DNA of 9,497 nucleotides, taken from assembly GCA_000388065.2 (NCBI GenBank), contig KB932207.1, one strand, 5' to 3'. Position numbers and translations under genes: made by a program. How positions within the stretch are numbered: the stretch's first letter is position 1; every line of letters begins with the position of its first letter. Below are positions 1 through 6,589 of the stretch, piece by piece. Source of the stretch: Fonticula alba ATCC 38817. Its lineage: Eukaryota > Protista > Nucleariida. The notes under the pieces are model-generated. The model was given only the letters and a program-made list of their open reading frames with translations. It was not told the origin of the DNA and did no database searches.

Positions 1-283
1 GGGGGGCTCCATGCCCCGGGACCGGCCATCGTGCATGCTCACCGAGGCCGGAATGCGCACATGTGTCCGGGCGCACAGGCGCGTCCGTGTGTGTTGAGAC
101 CTCCCCCCGCCCCATTCACCCAGGCATGATGCATCGACATTTGCAGCCAGCTCCCGGGGCGGCAGCGATCTGGGGGAAGGGCCGGGAACGTTTGTCCCGA
201 AATGGGACCCATGCTTGGCGGGGCGCGGGCAGGGTCGGGCGCTGGAGCGACGAGACATGCATATTTGTGTGCTCCCCTGTCGG

Positions 284-307
284 CCCCCCCCCCCCCCCCC
301 CCCCCCC
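284..307. repeat. C24 homopolymer (others: G18 480-497, C30 1647-1676, C16 5188-5203, C18 9212-9229)
   Basis: Read directly. Confidence 0.9.
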
Positions 308-574
308 GGTGCCCGCGTCGGTGCGGGGCCCGACACCGGGGCGCGGGATCGGCGCATGAATCGTGGGCTAGTCGGGGTCTCGTGACTCCCCTCACATCAC
401 GGGCGCGCACGTGCGATGTGTTAACCTCCCTCGACAGTCCCATTGTGGGCTTGAGCGGCCCGCGCGTCCCGATCTCCCCGGGGGGGGGGGGGGGGGGCGG
501 CGGGCAGCACGCGCGGCTACATGGGGCTGCATGGCCCGGGGCCCCGTGGCGCAGGGGGCTCTGCGGCGAATGGC

Positions 575-710
575 CACACACACTCACACACTCACACACT
601 CACACACTCACACACTCACACACTCACACACACACACACACACACATACATACATACATACATACATACATACATACATACATACATACATACATGCGCG
701 CGCATGCGCG
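575..710. repeat. Compound microsatellite (CACACACT)6-(CA)11-(TACA)12-TGCGCGCGCATGCGCG
   Basis: Read directly: 8-mer units 577-624, CA 625-646, TACA 647-694. Confidence 0.95.
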
Positions 711-1533
711 GATCAACTTGTCACGTCCCGCGTCCGCTTACCCCTGCCGCCCTGAGCCTCGACTGGCCATAGTTGAAGAAAAGAAGGGCGGGCGGGCGCC
801 CCGGCCGTCGAGGGGCAATGCCCTGCGATGCTGGCATTGGGTGGCGGGAGTGGGCGTGGCCTTCCTCGCGCTGGGGCCCACCTGTGTCGCCTGTGCGCGA
901 TCTGCTCAGAAAAAAAAACCCATCCCTCCGCCGGCCGCGCCGGCCTGGGACTGCCGTCGCAAGCCGCCGAGCGCTGGCTGGCCTCCGGCATCGAGAGATT
1001 CCAGGGGCCATGCAGCCGATTCCGTCGACTGGCGGGCGAACCGCGGTCGCCTGGAGGCGAGCAGCTGCTCCGCGCGATACGATCCAGCGTGCTTCGGGNN
1101 NNNNNNNNNNNNNNNNNNNNNNNNNNNNNNNNNNNNNNNNNNNNNNNNNNNNNNNNNNNNNNNNNNNNNNNNNNNNNNNNNNNNNNNNNNNNNNNNNNNN
1201 NNNNNNNNNNNNNNNNNNNNNNNNNNNNNNNNNNNNNNNNNNNNNNNNNNNNNNNNNNNNNNNNNNNNNNNNNGCGGCCTACAGACCCCCCTGGCGCCTG
1301 GATGTCCTGCCCTTGGCCCTGTCCGATGGCCCAAACCCATGATAGGTCAGGCATGTGTATGTGCATATGTATGCAGACGCCTGCACAGGCGGGGGCGGGG
1401 GCGGGGGCCTGGCGGGGCTGCACCCATTGTTAACCACACGCTGCCCCGGGCCATGCACAGGCGCCGGGCCTTGCGTTGCCTGAGAGGGGGCGAGAAAAGA
1501 ATAATGTGTGCAAGAGCGAGAGAGCGAGAGGGA

Positions 1534-1559
1534 GCGCGCGCGCGCGCGCACGCACGCGT
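1534..1559. repeat. (CG)7 plus CACG-type alternating purine-pyrimidine tract, preceded by GAGA-rich sequence
   Basis: Read directly. Confidence 0.85.
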
Positions 1560-1646
1560 CAGTCGGCGCACCGTAACTTGGCTCAGGGGGCCCGGGCAGG
1601 GGTGTCGCTGGGCCGCAGAGAGGGCCCCCGGCCCGTCCTCTCGCCG

Positions 1647-1678
<32 letters not shown>

Positions 1679-2144
1679 AGACGCGGCTGGCGTGCACCAG
1701 CGTAGGATCAGGGGAAATACAGCCCCACCGGCCGCGCCCTGTGCGGGTAGGCTGTGTGCGCCTGCTTGCCTGCAAATGCGCCCGGGTCCCGCGCGGCATG
1801 GGCCAGGTCCGCGAGCAGCCGATGAGATCCCCCGGCGGCGCGTCAGGCCATTCCTGCAGGTCGGTCACCGCGTCGCCGGGCGGTATGGTCCCGACCCGGC
1901 GCGGCGGGGGCGCGAGGAGGGGGCGAGGGGACGGGCCTCGCATCCCCCAGGCAGCGACAGAAGGCGAGCCGGGGGAGGGGCGAGGCCCGTGAGGGGCCTC
2001 ACGGCACGGCCGACACCCCGGCGACTCCGCCCCCGCCCCCTCCTCCGCTTGTTGTGGCCTTTCCACGACGAGCCAGGCCGGCGAGATCGGCAACTCAGCC
2101 CAGGTCCCACCGGACCGGGCCGCCGCATCGGCAACCCTTGACTT

Positions 2145-2837
2145 GATTGGAAAACCCTAGGCCTGCCGGGCACGATAAAAATATGTCCCCCCCCCCTTAT
2201 TTTCGTCCGCCCATTCCCCGGTGCCAAGGCAGGTGCGCCGCCTCTCTCGCCCCGGGGAAACCGTGCTTGCCGTGTGGTGTATTTTTTTTTTATCCCCCAG
2301 AACGGGGGGCATCCGGGACGGACGCCGGCCGCGAGCCGGAGGGGCAAGCCCACCCGCCCCATCCCCGGGGACCACCCACCCCCAGCGGCCCCCGGTGCCG
2401 ATTGGGCCTTTCGGGACCCGGCCCCAGGCCCGGCTGCCAGCCCAGGGCGGATCCCGGCGCGATCGCGCCCGGCTCCCTCCACTTGCCTGGTCCCCCGCCG
2501 CCCGAGACCCAGCATCGCCCGATCGGGCCGCGGTACACACACACACACCACACACGTACATGAGCCCGGACCGGGCTTGCCCCAATCGCGACCGCCGCCG
2601 CCTCCACCACCACCGCCGTGACCACCGCCGCCGCGGGCGCCCACCACCCCCAGGCAGCAGCCATCTCCAGCAGACACAATATGCTGGCCGCGGCCACGGT
2701 CGCCGCAAACAAGCCAAACGCCGCCCGGAAGCCGGTTGCTCGGCCGAACGCCTATTCTCGCCCACAGGGGGGTGGGTGGGGCCCAGTTGCGGGCCCACCA
2801 CACAACCCCCCCCCTGCGCTCCCGGCGCGCCCCAATC
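2145..2837. promoter_or_regulatory. Cluster of four CCAATC boxes (GATTGG 2145, GATTGG 2400, CCAATC 2582, CCAATC 2832); putative promoter
   Basis: The hexamer matches the NF-Y/CBF core, lies 0.4-1.1 kb upstream of the ATG, and I did not spot it elsewhere in the window. Confidence 0.35.
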
Positions 2838-3213
2838 CGCACCGGCACCGGTCGATCTCCGCGCCTGCCCCGCTCAGGCCCTCCCGCGCTCGGGCGAGCC
2901 CCCGCCCCCCGCCGTACAGGCGCGCTCAGGCCCCTCGCTAAAGAGCCTGCCCCGCGACGGTGTCACAGCCCCCGGCGCTGGGCAGTAGAGCTTACCCCCA
3001 CCTCTCTCCGCTCCGCCCCTTCCACTCTTCCCCTCCACTTCTCTNNNNNNNNNNNNNNNNNNNNNNNNNNNNNNNNNNNNNNNNNNNNNNNNNNNNNNNN
3101 NNNNNNNNNNNNNNNNNNNNNNNNNNNNNNNNNNNNNNNNNNNNNNNNNNNNNNNNNNNNNNNNNNNNNNNNNNNNNNCCCCCCCCCCACCCCCCTCCCG
3201 GCGCCCCGGCACC

Positions 3214-4479
3214 ATGGCGACCCCTCCGTCTCCCTCGGGCGCGCTGCTCGACTCGTCGACCTATGCCGCCGAGCTGAAGGCCTCCATCCGGGGCATGTTC
3301 CCCGATGTGGACCCGGAAGTGGTGGACTCTGTGTGTGACACCTTCCTGCAGGGGGTGGATGTGTTGAATTCGCGCGGCGGTGGGACTGGCATCATCAATT
3401 CCATTGTCGACTCGCTGCTGGGGATCTCGCCGGGGGCGCTGGACTTGGACCCGACGCCGGCGCCGCCGGTGACCCCGGCCGCCGGGCCGACCTCCTCGTC
3501 CCAGCCCATCCGGCAAGCCGGCTCGGCGGCGGCTGCCGGCTCGGCCGGCGCACCTGCCGGGGCATTCATCTTCGGCACATCCCCCTCCTCCGAGGCTCTT
3601 CGCAGCCTGCCAAGCTCGCTGTCCTCCCTGCGCGATACCATCGAGATCCGGTCGCGGTCGCTTTCCTCGCGCGCGGTGGCCGCCCTGAATGAGGCCGGCA
3701 GCAAGCTGGCCGCCGTGGCGACGGTCTCCGCCGCGGCCGCGGCCCCCACCCCCGCCTCACCGACAGCCACCTCCACCATGGCCTCGGCGGCGGCCGGGGG
3801 GCTCGGCTCGGGGGCTTCCGGGTCCCCCTCGCCCGGCGGGCCTCGAGCCCCGATGACCGCTCGCGATCGCCTGCACTCCATCACCTCGCCCCTGACCGGG
3901 TCCCTGCAGCAGGCGCTCTTCCAATTGAACTTGGTCTCCTCGCCGCCGGCCGGCAGCCAGCCAGGCGCCTCGGGCCCGGGCTCTTCGCCGGTGGCTGTCA
4001 GCACGCCCGGGGCCCCTGGCCCCCTGGCGCAAGATCCCCCGGCGTCGCAGGACTCCAGCTCGCCGGAGGAGCTGCTCCTCCCGCTGGACGAGCCGGAGGC
4101 ATCGACGCCAGTGGTCCCGGCTACCCGGCCGGTCGCCAGCCCCCCCTCCTCGGAGTACATGCGCCTGCTCACGGAATTTGACCCGCTCTCGGCCAGTCAG
4201 GACGCCCTGACGGGGCCGAACGCTCCAGCTGCCCCGGCCCCGGCCCCGGTCCTGGTTGGCGGCTTTTCGGCCATCTCCCCGCCGGTCGGCGTTGATACCG
4301 AGACGTTCTCCTTCTTCGGGGGGTTTGTGTCGATGCCGCTGCTCAGCTCGAGCGATGATGATCTGGTGACGGCCACCGCTCCGCCGGTCGGCCTCGCCAT
4401 CAACACGGCCATGCCGCCGGCGGATCTGACCGGCGTGGCGGCCTTCCGCCAGGCCTCCTCGCCGGATGAGCTGACCCAG
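3214..4479 (+). CDS. Exon 1 (422 codons): CUE-like domain plus Ala/Ser/Pro-rich disordered linker
   Basis: ORF 3214..4503 ends at CAG|GTGTGT (donor 4480), phase 0; strong C/G third-position codon usage. Confidence 0.85.
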
Positions 4480-6507
4480 GTGTGTCTTGCTGCGTGGCTG
4501 TGATTCCCCGGCCTGCTGGCCATCTGCGCTTGGCCGCTTGGCCGCCTGCCCGTGGTTCCAGCTCCCTCCCTCTCCCCCCCCCCTCCCCCTTTTCTAACCC
4601 CTCCCCACCGGCGGCAGACATCCGATCTGGCCACCTTGTCGCCAATGCTGGCCTCCACCGTGGCCGAAGCCAGCATCGCCCAGGACCCGGAGCCCGGCGC
4701 CATGAACTCCGAGGAGGTGACCTTCGGCCCGGTGTCGGAGGATTTGCTGGTCAATCCGATCCGCTTCAGCCGGGCCACCGACATGGTCAGGCGCTTCCAG
4801 AAGGACATCGTCCACCACTCGTCCCGGATTAAGGCCCTGGCCGAGGACATTGCCACCCTCCGGCGGAATTACGACAAGGAGTGGGTCCGCCTTCAGCGGG
4901 CCGGCCTGGTGGCCTTCCAGGGCCCCACCTTCCGGGAGTTCCTCAGCGCCAGCGTCAAGGTCATCCAGTGCCGGCAGAAGTTGTGCGTTGGCCCGGGCCC
5001 TGGTCGCCGGCCGGGGCTTTCTTGCGGACCTGCCTGCCTGCCTGCCTGCCGGGCTCCCCCGTGTCTGCGTACCCGACTGACCTGCCTTCGCCTCCCGATG
5101 TCGTGGCCGCCGTCGTCGCCATCATGGGCCGTCCCCATGCTTGCCGCTGTGGCTTTGCCGTCCGGGTTTGTGTCCGCTGCCGCCCTTCCCCCCCCCCCCC
5201 CCCTGCTGAAAGCCATTCCATCATCTCGTACCACCTGCAAATCCACCTGAGCCGGGTGCAGGAGGGCCTGGAGGCCGCCGAATTTGCCTTTACCCGTGGT
5301 GCGATTCCCAGCCTGGTGGCTCCCAGCTACGCCGGGATCACCACCCAGGAGCTGATCAGCATGAACCCCTGTCGGGACGAGCTGCGCGCGCTGCTCCGCC
5401 GGCAGAAGGTACCTACCGCGGCTGGCCCGCCACTTTCGCGCCCCCCGCACCCATCTCGCCTGCCGTCAGCTGCAGCCCGGCCAGCGGTCATCCGCCCCTA
5501 ACACGCACACACACACACACACGCGCGCGCGCTTCCTCCCCCCCTTCTTTCTTTCCCTCTCCCCCCGATCATCTCATCCTGCTCGCATTTCTGTCCCAGG
5601 CTGCTGAGAAGGCCAAGGCGGATGCCCAGGAGCGATATGACAACGTGTGTAAGGCCATGAAGTCCAATGCCAAACACAATCAGCTTCTGTCTGCCATCCT
5701 GGAGGATGTACGTGTCCCATGCTGCTGTTGGGGAAGAGAGGGGGGGGGCCTTCTTCCCTGGCCCTCCCCCCGGCCCATGGCTTCCCGGGCCTGTGCCAGG
5801 CCCATCTTTTTCTCCTGGTCGCTCCGGCTTTTACTGACAGGGCTCGCCCTCCTGCCCGCCCCCCTCTCCCGCGTGCAGTCCATCGAGTCGCGCTCGTCCT
5901 ATGAGCACGACATCAACGGCACCATGCTTGAGCTGTTCGCGCGCATCGTCGCCAGCATGGAGTCCCCACTCGGTGCGCCTTCACCATGCATCGACCGGCA
6001 TGCTGCTCCCCCTTTGCCCCTGCTGACATCGATGTTTGTCCCTCCCCAGGCCGGCACTACAACCAAAACATCGAGGCCCTTGCGCAGGATGCCGGCTCCT
6101 CGATCGACTCGATGGAGGTCATCAACTTCATGGACGTATGTCAACACCTCCGTGTGGGGGGGGGGGCGAGGGGAGGCGGGGGGGAGGGGAGGAACAGACA
6201 CTCTTAGTCCTCTGGGAATCACTCCTCCCTGCCGGCCGCCAGCACCTCAAGACTCTGCCCTTTGCACAACATCCTCTGACCATGTCCCCCTCCTGTGACA
6301 CCTACTGCTCCCTCTTCAGAACTTCACCATCTCCCTTGCGCGATACTTCAACCTCATCCAACCGGCGGAAGCCGACGATGCGTATGCCCTGATGATGGAC
6401 CCGAGTGGGGGCCATGTCATCTGGCACCTGCGTCTGCTGATCGACCGGCTCGTGCATCGCGAGCTGCACTTGCCCCTGTGGCACAATGTGCGTGCTTCTA
6501 TGCGCGT

Positions 6508-6589
<82 letters not shown>

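Noticed and set aside
735-800. Minus-strand pyrimidine tract, CAG, ~20 nt and GTAAGC (micro-exon-like); another minus GTAAGC near 2994
   Set aside because: Isolated signals with no linked exons; GTAAG does not match the donor type used in the confirmed-looking gene.
528-1457. 14-bp inverted repeat (528-541 and 1444-1457) as transposon TIRs
   Set aside because: A GC-rich match of this length is near chance expectation; no target-site duplication or transposase seen.
202-1992. 596-aa + strand ORF and the overlapping ORFs in 1-2100
   Set aside because: They translate microsatellites (HTHT, HTYI), poly-C (poly-Pro) and an N gap; no recognisable domain. Long open frames are expected at this GC content.
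2110-2576. CCGGACCGGGC repeated at 2110 and 2566
   Set aside because: An 11-mer that is almost entirely G/C; expected by chance in this background.
2290-2848. Possible minus-strand first exon (Gly-rich or signal-peptide-like frames) ending at a GTACGT donor (2559-2554)
   Set aside because: The donor fits the local consensus, but I found no convincing ATG, downstream exon chain or recognisable protein.
3261-4172. Antisense ORFs 3261..4172, 4197..4856, 6316..7845 and 8430..9164
   Set aside because: Shadow frames of GC-rich coding exons; no independent protein signal.
4060-4350. Dileucine, LIR or gamma-ear motifs (PEELLL, FSFFGGF) and C-terminal HLLA
   Set aside because: Spacing does not fit [DE]xxxL[LI], [WFY]xx[LIV] or the ear-binding consensus.
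5838-5840. CAG right after the intron 4 branch motif as an acceptor
   Set aside because: Out of frame and only 2-3 nt from the branch A; 5878 restores the frame.
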